64,000 nucleotides of DNA, from NCBI GenBank assembly GCA_965218235.1, contig OZ244595.1, forward strand, positions 1,062,561 to 1,126,560, written 5' to 3'. The stretch is from Thermomicrobiales bacterium (GTDB lineage: Bacteria; Chloroflexota; Chloroflexia; Thermomicrobiales; UBA6265). This document shows, one piece after another, positions 21,608 to 29,983 of this stretch. Positions within the stretch are counted from its first letter, which is position 1. Every line of letters starts with the position of its first letter. A program made the translations under genes and the position numbers. Below the pieces are notes generated by a model, which was not told where the DNA came from, searched no databases, and worked only from the letters and a program-made list of their open reading frames with translations.

Positions 21608-24600
21608 TCACCCGACGTAGGCGGTATCGCCCTGCCGGAGCAGTGCGTTGAGTTGGCCGACCTCTTCCCGGCCGATCCGCTCGACGGTTCCAACGATCTC
21701 GTCCAGCTCGCCGGTCAACCTGGTGAAGACGTCGCGCGCCTGGGCGGGCGGGGCGAAGTCAGCGCTGTCGACCGACTCGAACAGGGCGTTGAACTTCTCG
21801 TGCAGCCCGCTGGGCCAGAGCTGGGCCTCGTGTATCCCGATGTCGATCAGGCGGGGACGTAGCGGCCCCGTGGCGTCGAGGATTGCCTGGGCAGCCCCGC
21901 TCAGTGCCGGATCGGACGTCCGCGTCAGCCAGTCCGACGCCTGTGCGCGGAGCGACTCGACCCGGATGATCGTCTCGTTGGTCCGGGACAGGCTGGCGAG
22001 GATCTCCAGCAACATTTTGCGCTGGGCGACGAGGTCGGCGATCGGGGCGGTGTTGCGCGGATCGGGCAGGAGCGTGAAGGGCTGCGAGACGGTCTCGCCG
22101 TCGACAATCAGGCGGACTTCGTACTCGCCGGGGACGATCAGGGGGCCGTCGGGCCGCTCCCAGGCAGCCAGCGGAACATCGTGCAGGCTCGTCGCGCCGG
22201 GCGAGCGTAGGTTCCAGGTGAACCGGTTGACGCCGGGCGCGGCCGGAACTCCGGGTTCGCCGAGGGTGAAGCGGCGCACCTCCGTTCCGGCCGGATCATG
22301 GAACGACAGGGTCGCGTCGGTCACTGGGGAATGGGGGAGGTAGTACGTGACGACCATCCCGGCCGGTGGGTTGGTCCCGGCCGTCAGGAGGCGGACCGCC
22401 GGCTGGCCATTTTGGCCGGGGACGGTGTCCCAAAGGACGGGGCTGGTGTCGGCGCTGGCGTAGTTGATGTGGCCGGGCTTGGCATCGGCGACGTCGATCT
22501 CCTGCCGCCGCGCCCGGACCCTCGCCCTTGGCGGGAACAGCCGAACACCCCGCGAGTCGCCGGAGTCGCGGATCAGTTCCCGGAGTGGGTTCAGATCGTC
22601 GAGGATCCAGAACGACCGGCCATGGGTCGCGACGACCAGCTCGTCCCCCTTGATCGCCAGATCGTAAACCGGGACGACTGGCAGCCCACCGCTCATCCGG
22701 TCCCACGACTCGCCTTCATCCAGTGAGACATAAAGACCCGTCTCCGTCCCGGCGAACAGCAGCCCGGGCTGGACCGGGTCCTGGCGGATAACGCGGGTGA
22801 ACTCGTCGGCAGGGATGCCGCCCGTGATCCGCGTCCAGGTGGCTCCGAAATCGTCGGTCCGGAACAGGTAGGGCGTCGTGTCGTCGAGGCGGTAGCGGGT
22901 CGCGGCGATGAAGGCGGTTGCCTCGTGGTGCGGTGACGCCTCGATGATGCTGATCATCGCCCACTCCGGCAGATCCGGCGGGGTGATGTCCCGCCAGGTC
23001 GCGCCATCGTCCTGAGAGATGTGAACGAGCCCGTCGTCGCTCCCGGCCCAGAGGACGCCCTGCCTCAGGGGCGCCTCGGCCAGCGCGTAGACCGTGCAGT
23101 AGACCTCGGCGCCAGTGTTGTCGCGGGTCAGCGGGCCGCCCGACGGTTTCAACTTGTTCGGATCGTTCCGGGTCAGGTCCGGCGAGATCACGCGGAAGCT
23201 GCCGCCCAGGTCGTCGGAGCGGTGGATGTGGTTCGAGGCGACGTAGAGCGGGTGCGGAGCGTGGGGCGAGAACATGATCGGGAAAGTCCACTGGAACCGG
23301 TACTTCATCGACTCCGCGCCGGCGCCCCAGCCGAACAGCTCCGGCCAGACGGTGATGTTGCGCGGCTGCCCGGTCCGGCTGTCGTGGTGCGACATAACGT
23401 CGTTGTAGGCCCGCGGCCCGACCGGACCAGAGGCGACGACGTGCCACGGCTCGTCCGGCTTGATGGCGATGTAGCCGCTCTCACCGCCACCAGGGGCGTA
23501 CCACGTCCGTTCGTGGATCGCGACGTCGTCGGTCGCGCTCGGCAGGGTGATGGCGGTGTTGTCCTGCTGCGAGCCGTAGACGCGATAGGGGTACTGGTCG
23601 TCGGTGATGACGTGGTACATCTGCGCGGTCGGCTGGTTGACGATCGTCGACCAGCTCTGGCCACCGTTGTGGCTGACGCAGGCGCCGCCATCGTCACCCT
23701 TGATCATCGTTCGGTTGTCTCGCGGGTGGATCCAGAGCGCGTGCTCGTCGCCGTGCATCGTCGGCAGCTTCTCGAAGGTCGCGCCGGCATCAGTCGACTT
23801 CCAGATGCCATAGTTCTGGACGTAGACCGTGTCCGCGTCGACGGGGTCGGCGGTGACGTGCATGTAGTACCAGGGCCGAGTCCGCAGCGTGGACTGCTCG
23901 CTGAGCCGAACCCACGACTCGCCGTAGTCGTCGGAGCGGAACAGAGCGCCGTCTCCGGCTTCGATCAGCGTCCAGACCCGGCCCGGCTGGGCTCGAGAGG
24001 CCGCGACGCCGATCTTGCCGAGCAGACCGCCGGGCAGACCCGGCTTCCGGCTGATCTCCTCCCAGGTATCGCCGCCATCGAAGGAGCGGTGCAGGCCGCA
24101 CTCCTCGCCGCCGGAATCCAGGGCGTGCGGATAGCGCCGGACCTGCCAGGACGGAGCGTAGAGGATGCGAGGGTTGTTCGGGTCCATCGCGAGGTCGTGT
24201 GTTCCGGACCGGTCACTCCTGTGAAAGACACGCTCCCAGCTCGTGCCGCCGTCGCGGGAGCGGAAGACGCCGCGCTCGTCGTTCGGACCGAAGGCGTGGC
24301 CGAGAGCCGCGACATAGACGGTGTCCGGGTCGTGCGGGTGGATCTGGATCTTGCCGATGTGCCGCGTATCGCTCAGGCCGGCGTGCTCCCAGGACCGGCC
24401 GCCGTCGGTAGATTTGTAGATGCCGTCGCCATGAGAAACCTGGTTGCGGATCGAGGTCTCGCCGGTGCCGGCGTAGATCACGTTTGGGTCGGACTCGGAG
24501 ACGGCCAGCGCACCGATCGCGGCGGTGTTGAAGAAGCCATCCGAGACGTTGCGCCAGGTAATGCCGCTGTCGGTCGTCTTCCAGACGCCGCCGGCGCAGG

Positions 24601-24736
24601 CCCCGAACCAGAACTGGCCGGGCGTGGAGACGTCCCCCGCGACGGCGACGACTCTCCCGCCGCGATGCGGGCCGATGTTGCGCCATGCGGACGCGTGGAT
24701 GACTTCCTGGGTGAGTTGATGAGCGGTCTCGGTCAT
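21608..24736 (-). CDS. VPS10/sortilin-like BNR (Asp-box) repeat protein, 1042 aa
   Basis: At least 10 Asp-boxes, including TDSGITW, STDGGRSW, SRDGGTSW, SFDGGDTW, SDDYGESW, SHNGGQSW, SQDDGATW, TDDFGATW and SLDEGESW. The start is trimmed to MTETAHQL at 24736. No signal peptide is visible. Confidence 0.8.
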   Translation of the reverse strand: MTETAHQLTQEVIHASAWRNIGPHRGGRVVAVAGDVSTPGQFWFGACAGGVWKTTDSGITWRNVSDGFFNTAAIGALAVSESDPNVIYAGTGETSIRNQVSHGDGIYKSTDGGRSWEHAGLSDTRHIGKIQIHPHDPDTVYVAALGHAFGPNDERGVFRSRDGGTSWERVFHRSDRSGTHDLAMDPNNPRILYAPSWQVRRYPHALDSGGEECGLHRSFDGGDTWEEISRKPGLPGGLLGKIGVAASRAQPGRVWTLIEAGDGALFRSDDYGESWVRLSEQSTLRTRPWYYMHVTADPVDADTVYVQNYGIWKSTDAGATFEKLPTMHGDEHALWIHPRDNRTMIKGDDGGACVSHNGGQSWSTIVNQPTAQMYHVITDDQYPYRVYGSQQDNTAITLPSATDDVAIHERTWYAPGGGESGYIAIKPDEPWHVVASGPVGPRAYNDVMSHHDSRTGQPRNITVWPELFGWGAGAESMKYRFQWTFPIMFSPHAPHPLYVASNHIHRSDDLGGSFRVISPDLTRNDPNKLKPSGGPLTRDNTGAEVYCTVYALAEAPLRQGVLWAGSDDGLVHISQDDGATWRDITPPDLPEWAMISIIEASPHHEATAFIAATRYRLDDTTPYLFRTDDFGATWTRITGGIPADEFTRVIRQDPVQPGLLFAGTETGLYVSLDEGESWDRMSGGLPVVPVYDLAIKGDELVVATHGRSFWILDDLNPLRELIRDSGDSRGVRLFPPRARVRARRQEIDVADAKPGHINYASADTSPVLWDTVPGQNGQPAVRLLTAGTNPPAGMVVTYYLPHSPVTDATLSFHDPAGTEVRRFTLGEPGVPAAPGVNRFTWNLRSPGATSLHDVPLAAWERPDGPLIVPGEYEVRLIVDGETVSQPFTLLPDPRNTAPIADLVAQRKMLLEILASLSRTNETIIRVESLRAQASDWLTRTSDPALSGAAQAILDATGPLRPRLIDIGIHEAQLWPSGLHEKFNALFESVDSADFAPPAQARDVFTRLTGELDEIVGTVERIGREEVGQLNALLRQGDTAYVG

Positions 24737-24965
24737 GGTCGTGTCGACCTCCTCGTCGTGTGGGGCTGGAGTGGGTCTGGATCGGATGGACGCCATTGCA
24801 AACGCCATCGTCTCAGATGGCGCGCGGTTCCGCGATCCGGTAGCCGGCCGGCGGATCGGCGCCGAGCAGATGGCGAACGAAGAAGTCCCAACGACGGCGG
24901 GTGACACACCAGTCGTCGTCCATGCGGGGGGCGTCTTCGAGATCATCTGGGGGACAAACTATCGC

Positions 24966-25394
24966 TCAGGTCCGGCGCTGGATCTCCGCCCAGGAACCGA
25001 CCGTGTCCCAGCCATCCAGCGGCGTGTCCGACGTGTCGGCAATCAGGACGATCGCGAAGGTGAGCACGGTGCAGCCTTCGTGCATGTGGCCGCCCATCGC
25101 CGTCTGCTGGTCCGAGAAGGTGATGTGGGAGTGGACCCGGCCGCCCATGATCGCTCCGGTAACCGTCACGATGTCGAACGGGCCCTCGCCGCGAACGTGG
25201 GCGTTCTCCGGCGGAATCTCGGCCGTCCCGACGACGTGGTAGTGATAGGCGCTGAGCGAGCCGACGCCGCAGAGGATCGCGCCGTGGCGGATGCCCTCTC
25301 GTTCGGCGGCGGCCCGCAGGACCTCGAGCAGATCCTCGCCCGGGTCGGCCCGGACGTAGATGAGCCGGCGCTGGGTCGCGATCTCGGTGTGCAT
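24966..25394 (-). CDS. PPC (DUF296) domain protein
   Basis: AILCGVGSLSAYHYHVV...FDIVTVTGAI...HSHITFSD...GGHMHEG pattern. Confidence 0.7.
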   Translation of the reverse strand: MHTEIATQRRLIYVRADPGEDLLEVLRAAAEREGIRHGAILCGVGSLSAYHYHVVGTAEIPPENAHVRGEGPFDIVTVTGAIMGGRVHSHITFSDQQTAMGGHMHEGCTVLTFAIVLIADTSDTPLDGWDTVGSWAEIQRRT

Positions 25395-25799
25395 GGTGAC
25401 CGCTCCTGATTTTCTGATGGAGTCCTTGGCGGCAACGTCGCGCGGTCAGCTTACCGCCATTCCGGCGTCGCCAGAATGGCGTGCTGTCGAACGTCTGACG
25501 GCCGTGCGGAATCGTCGTCGCCAGCTCGTCGCCCCAGCCCGGGTTGCGCGCCCGACCCATGGGTCGCTCCGGAAGGACGGCCGCCTTTCCGCCATCGGCG
25601 ATGACCTCTTGGCCATCCGGGACGGGATTGTCTGTTCGTCATCGAAGATGGAACGGCTTCTGCGTCACCACCGTTCGAGCACGCGACCAGGTTGGCCAGC
25701 GAGCCGGACGCACCGTGACGATATCGACCACCGTCCGCCGACGAGGAGCGTGGTCGGCAATACCGAACCGCCGGGATGTCCGGCAGAGGGAGATGAGAA

Positions 25800-26135
25800 G
25801 TGGATACGAATGGGATGCGCGAACTACTGCGGGGCTATCTCGGCGACCTGGACTGGTCCGGCGGCGCGACCCAGGATCGGGTCGTTGGCCACCTGGTCGG
25901 GCGCGACCCCGCGCTCGCGACGATGGTCAACCAGTATGTCGTGGATGGGTCATACCGGGACGCCGCCCACCTGATGACGGTCATCCCCGAAGAGGCCTGG
26001 CAGAACGTCCAGGGCGACGCCTGGCGAGGTGGGGACAGCCTGGATCCGGCCGACGTCCCGAGCAACTTCCGGGGCGGAGCGACCGACCGGACCGAGCGGG
26101 ATGCATCCCGCACGAGGCGGGGTGGCGACGCATAG
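25800..26135 (+). CDS. Hypothetical protein
   Basis: 111-aa ORF with GC-rich third positions and GGGAGATGAG upstream. GTG start. No recognisable domain. Confidence 0.35.
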   Translation: MDTNGMRELLRGYLGDLDWSGGATQDRVVGHLVGRDPALATMVNQYVVDGSYRDAAHLMTVIPEEAWQNVQGDAWRGGDSLDPADVPSNFRGGATDRTERDASRTRRGGDA

Positions 26136-26237
26136 GTCTGCGCCCGGTCTGCATGGAGACTTGAAGTCATCAACGTCGACAGGGAAGGCTTGACATCTGG
26201 CCCTCCCTGTTCCGTATTGCCCGGGCGCGGGGATGCC

Positions 26238-28193
26238 TCAGCCGAGATGGATCGCCGGTCGCTTCTTTGGGTCCGGCTCGGCCTGCCGCAGGATCTCATG
26301 GGTCAGCGGCGCGATGTCGCCCTCGCCGAACAGGACGAACCGGGTGAGATACTTGAGCGGATTGCCTTCGGTCCAGCCGAAGTAGACGTGTGGCTTCGTG
26401 CCGGTCCGGTCGCGCAGGTAGAGCAGGACGGCGGCGATCGTGTTCGGCACGGCGGCCCCGTCGGCCCGGAGGATCTGGTAGTCGCCGATCTGGACGCCCC
26501 TGATCCGCACGACCTGAGTGAACTCCGACGCGTCCGGGACGTTGACCTCGAGAAAGAGGATCGGGTCCCTCACCGGGATATGGCTGGCCTCCCGTTCCTC
26601 GCGCTCCTTGATCAGATACTCCCGCCGCGAGCGGCCGTCGGGATTGTTGGCGACGATCCGCAGCTCACGCCCGTTCCGGGCGGCCGCCGAGATCATCTGC
26701 TCGGCGGCCTTATCCAGCACGACGCTCTGGACCCGCAGCTCGGTCGAGCGCCAGACCCGCGAGACGAGCGACACTACCACGATCGCGGCGATGAAGACCA
26801 ACGCGATCTTCAGCCCTTCGGGCCGGCTGACGAGCGTGTCGGCCGTGGTGTAGATGAAGATCACGGCCACGGTTCCAAAGAAGAACGTCGCCCTCCGCTC
26901 CCGGTGTCGCCGGACGGATAGCGTGACCGCGATGGTGGCAGAGGTGATGATGACGAGGACGCCGGTCGCGTAGGCGCCGGCCTGGGCATCGACGTTGGCC
27001 CGGAACAGAATCGTGACGGCGAAGCAGACCAGGGTGAAGATCAGGACCAGCGGGCGGGTCGCGAGCGCCCAGTCCGGTGCCATGCCGTAGCGCGGCAGGT
27101 AGCGCGGCACGATGTTCAGCAGGCCCGCCATCGCCGAGGCGCCGGCGAACCAGAGGATCAAGACCGTGCTGACATCGTAGACCGTTCCGAACGCGTTGCC
27201 GATGTGCTCATGGGCGAGGTACGACAGGGCCCGGCCGTTGGCCTCGCCGCCGTTCTCGAAGGCCTCGGACGGAATCAGCGTGATCGTGATCAGGCTGGTC
27301 GAGAGCAGGAATACGCTCATGATGGTCGCGGCCGTGGTGAGAAGCAGCTTCGAGTTGTGGATCCGACCGGCCGGCCGGATGACGGTGTCCTCCGGAGCGC
27401 CCTTCACCAGCGGCATGACGAGGACGCCGGTCTCAAACCCGGACAGGCCGAGCGCGAGGGCGGGGAACAGCACCAGCGCCGTCCCGAACATCAGGAACGG
27501 ATTGTCGTAGCTGTTGGTCACCTCCTGCCGCCAGCTGCTGAGTTCGGATGGATCCTGGATCAGTTCGATGAACCCGGAGACGACCACCACGGTGTTCAGC
27601 AGCAGGTAGATCGCGACCAGCACCACGGCGATCGAGATCGCCTCGCCGAACCCCTTGAGGAAGACCGCCCCGAGCAGGCCGATCAGGACGAGCGTGACGA
27701 TGATTTCCTGCCCATGGAGAAAGCTCGTTACCGGGTTCTCGACGATGTGCGCCGTCGCGTCGGCAGCGGACAGGGTGATCGTGATGACGAAGCCGGTCAC
27801 GACGAACCCGAGCAGGGCCAGGACGAACAGCTTGCCCTGCCACCACGGCAGCAGGCGCTCGAGCATCGAGATCGAGCCGTCGCCGTTCGGGCTCTTCTCG
27901 GCCACCCGCTTGTACATCGGCAGGGCGCCGAAGAGGGTGATCAGCACCAGGATCAGCGTCGCGATCGGCGACAGCACGCCAGCGGCGAGGGCGGCGATCC
28001 CCGGCTGATAGCCCAGGCTGGAGAAATAGTCCACTCCGGTCAAGCAGACGACCTTCCACCAGGGATAGGTCTCCGCCTGCCGCTTCTTCGTCATCGGGCC
28101 GGGAACGCTCTTCCGGTGTCCCTGGAGGAGCCAGGTCTTGATGCGGTCATTGGATCGTGCCGGACGGAGCCGGGGGATGGTCGCCATCGACAC
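26238..28193 (-). CDS. APC-superfamily permease with a long C-terminal soluble extension
   Basis: About 12 hydrophobic segments are followed by a roughly 190-aa hydrophilic tail. An alternative start MTKKRQ lies at 28094. Confidence 0.6.
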   Translation of the reverse strand: MSMATIPRLRPARSNDRIKTWLLQGHRKSVPGPMTKKRQAETYPWWKVVCLTGVDYFSSLGYQPGIAALAAGVLSPIATLILVLITLFGALPMYKRVAEKSPNGDGSISMLERLLPWWQGKLFVLALLGFVVTGFVITITLSAADATAHIVENPVTSFLHGQEIIVTLVLIGLLGAVFLKGFGEAISIAVVLVAIYLLLNTVVVVSGFIELIQDPSELSSWRQEVTNSYDNPFLMFGTALVLFPALALGLSGFETGVLVMPLVKGAPEDTVIRPAGRIHNSKLLLTTAATIMSVFLLSTSLITITLIPSEAFENGGEANGRALSYLAHEHIGNAFGTVYDVSTVLILWFAGASAMAGLLNIVPRYLPRYGMAPDWALATRPLVLIFTLVCFAVTILFRANVDAQAGAYATGVLVIITSATIAVTLSVRRHRERRATFFFGTVAVIFIYTTADTLVSRPEGLKIALVFIAAIVVVSLVSRVWRSTELRVQSVVLDKAAEQMISAAARNGRELRIVANNPDGRSRREYLIKEREEREASHIPVRDPILFLEVNVPDASEFTQVVRIRGVQIGDYQILRADGAAVPNTIAAVLLYLRDRTGTKPHVYFGWTEGNPLKYLTRFVLFGEGDIAPLTHEILRQAEPDPKKRPAIHLG

Positions 28194-28295
28194 CCTGCGT
28201 TTCGATGTGTTGCGAGTGGTGTCCGGGCACGGTGTCTGGACGGGAGTCGGGTCAAGGGTCGTCAGATTCGGTGCGGCGACCGCCGGGCGCGTGGC

Positions 28296-28585
28296 TCACA
28301 GCATCGAAGTATGCCACCAAGCGAGTGCAGAAACATGCGATTCAGCGTCCGGGAATCTTCGATCGGTTGCAGTGCCGTCCCACCCGATGAACCGACGCAT
28401 CGTGACCGCGACGGTCTGGGTGGTGGCGTCCAGCAGATGGGTCGGTGGAGAGCCGTCCCCCCAGCGTCTACCTCTGACGGCCTCCGAATCGTCCAGCGGG
28501 AGAACACGCCACCGCCGGGCTAGCTGGACGGCGAGGTAGATCAGCAGCTTGTCCCGTTCCCGCTCAGACAGACGTGTGTCTGGCA
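28296..28585 (-). CDS. Orphan urease-gamma (UreA)-like small protein, strongly diverged and possibly a relic
   Basis: MPDTRLSERERDKLLIYLAVQLARRWRVLPLDDSEAV resembles the canonical UreA start M.LTPREKDKLLLF.A..A.RR.ARGLKLNYPE.VA. A distal RRFPDAES resembles ATFPDG.K. Rare codons accumulate toward the 3' end. No ureB or ureC is nearby. Confidence 0.3.
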
Positions 28586-28632
28586 TCTCCCGCCGAGACG
28601 GTTCGCGTCGAATAGCCGACCGTTCAGGAGGC

Positions 28633-29664
28633 TCAAGCTGGATTGAGCATCGGCAGCAAATCGCGGCCGATGGCCTCCAGCCAGGTAGCCGGATCGGCGC
28701 TCGGCGGCGCGACGAAGACGACCGAGTCCGCGCCGGCCGCGACCAGCCGTTCGATAGTCGCGGCGGCCTGCTCAGGCGTGCCCGCGGCGGCCAGGTCGTC
28801 CAGCCAGGCATCGGGCATCTCCCGCTGGACGGCATCCTCCCCACCCTGGGCGATCAGCTCGGACAGCTCGTCGGCGAAGGGCAGGGCGGCCATGTGCGCC
28901 GTGAACCCTCCGCCAGCGAGGCCGCCGGCGATCACCGGGCGCAGCGCGTCGCGGGCGGTCCCCGGGCCGTCCTGATCGACCGCCCCGTGCATGTAGACCG
29001 TCAGACGATGGGGGGCCGTTCGACCGGCTTCGGCCATCCCGGCCGCGATGTGGCGACGAGCCGCCGCGACGTAGGCCGGCGACGAGTACTCCGAGAGGAC
29101 CGTGCCGTCGGCCACCCGCCCGGCCAGTTCCAGCGACCGGTTGCCCATGACTCCGACCGAGACCGGAGGAACCACCGCCGGAGCCTGATCCAGCCGCACA
29201 TCGCTGAGCCGGACCGTCCGCCCGTCCATGGTGACGGTCTCGCCGGCCAGCAGCGACCGGACGGCCGTCGTCGTCTCCTCCAGAGCCGCAAGCCACGATG
29301 GCGGCCGAGCGCCAATCTGAGTCATCCATGCCGCGACGCCATGGCCGATCCCGGGGAGGAATCGACCGGGATGCATCCGCGCCAGGGTGGCGAACTCCAT
29401 CGCCAGGATGGCTGCGTTGTGCGCGACCGCCGGGGCGATGCCGAGCCCGACGCGTAGCCGGTGCGTCACGGCCAGCGCGGTCGCCGCCTGGGCGATCCCG
29501 GCGGAGTAGAGCGTGTCCTCGATTACCCACAGTTCGTCAAGGCCGATCGCCTCGGCCCGGCGCGCAAAGGGGATCAGCGTTTCGGGAGACCAGTCCCGCA
29601 GGAACATTGCGCCGACGTCAGGTCGCCTGGCCATCATCATCCCTTCCGTGCGACCGGCCTCCAT
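28633..29664 (-). CDS. LLM-class (luciferase-like) flavin/F420-dependent oxidoreductase
   Basis: TIM-barrel LLM pattern AEAIGLDELWVIEDTLYSAGI...GLGIAPA...GRFLPGIGHG. Confidence 0.8.
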   Translation of the reverse strand: MEAGRTEGMMMARRPDVGAMFLRDWSPETLIPFARRAEAIGLDELWVIEDTLYSAGIAQAATALAVTHRLRVGLGIAPAVAHNAAILAMEFATLARMHPGRFLPGIGHGVAAWMTQIGARPPSWLAALEETTTAVRSLLAGETVTMDGRTVRLSDVRLDQAPAVVPPVSVGVMGNRSLELAGRVADGTVLSEYSSPAYVAAARRHIAAGMAEAGRTAPHRLTVYMHGAVDQDGPGTARDALRPVIAGGLAGGGFTAHMAALPFADELSELIAQGGEDAVQREMPDAWLDDLAAAGTPEQAAATIERLVAAGADSVVFVAPPSADPATWLEAIGRDLLPMLNPA

Positions 29665-29692
29665 CTTGTGGTTGTAGCGTATCGCAGGCTGC

Positions 29693-29740
29693 CCGGTTCC
29701 GGTTCCGGTTCCGGTTCCGGTTCCGGTTCCGGTTCCGGTT
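29693..29740. repeat. Perfect hexanucleotide microsatellite (CCGGTT)x8
   Basis: Counted directly: 8 uninterrupted units over 48 bp. Intergenic, 29-76 nt upstream of the LLM start codon on the minus strand and 244 nt upstream of the LuxR-type regulator ATG. Confidence 0.95.
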
Positions 29741-29983
29741 GGGCTCGACTTTCACGTCGAGGCCATTGTTGGGTCGTCCGCGAGCGGTCCGGCGATCTGG
29801 CCGATTGGACCGCTCATCCAACGCAGCGTGCATTTCGTGCCATCATCGGCACGTCATGCGATTATCAGGAATCCATGTGCCGGTCCAGGAACATGGAGAC
29901 GGTTATCATAGGATGCACCGAGGCATGGTAACCGCATACGTGACGGCTTTGGTTGGGCTTCGAACCAGTGGGAGTGGCGATCG

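Noticed and set aside
23021-24904. 627-aa plus-strand ORF.
   Set aside because: It is entirely antisense to the Asp-box-rich VPS10-like gene. The product is low-complexity (R/V/D/G-rich) with no recognisable domain.
27204-28523. 439-aa plus-strand ORF.
   Set aside because: It is antisense to the polytopic permease gene. It is highly charged and repetitive (RDRD, QHQDQ) with no domain features.
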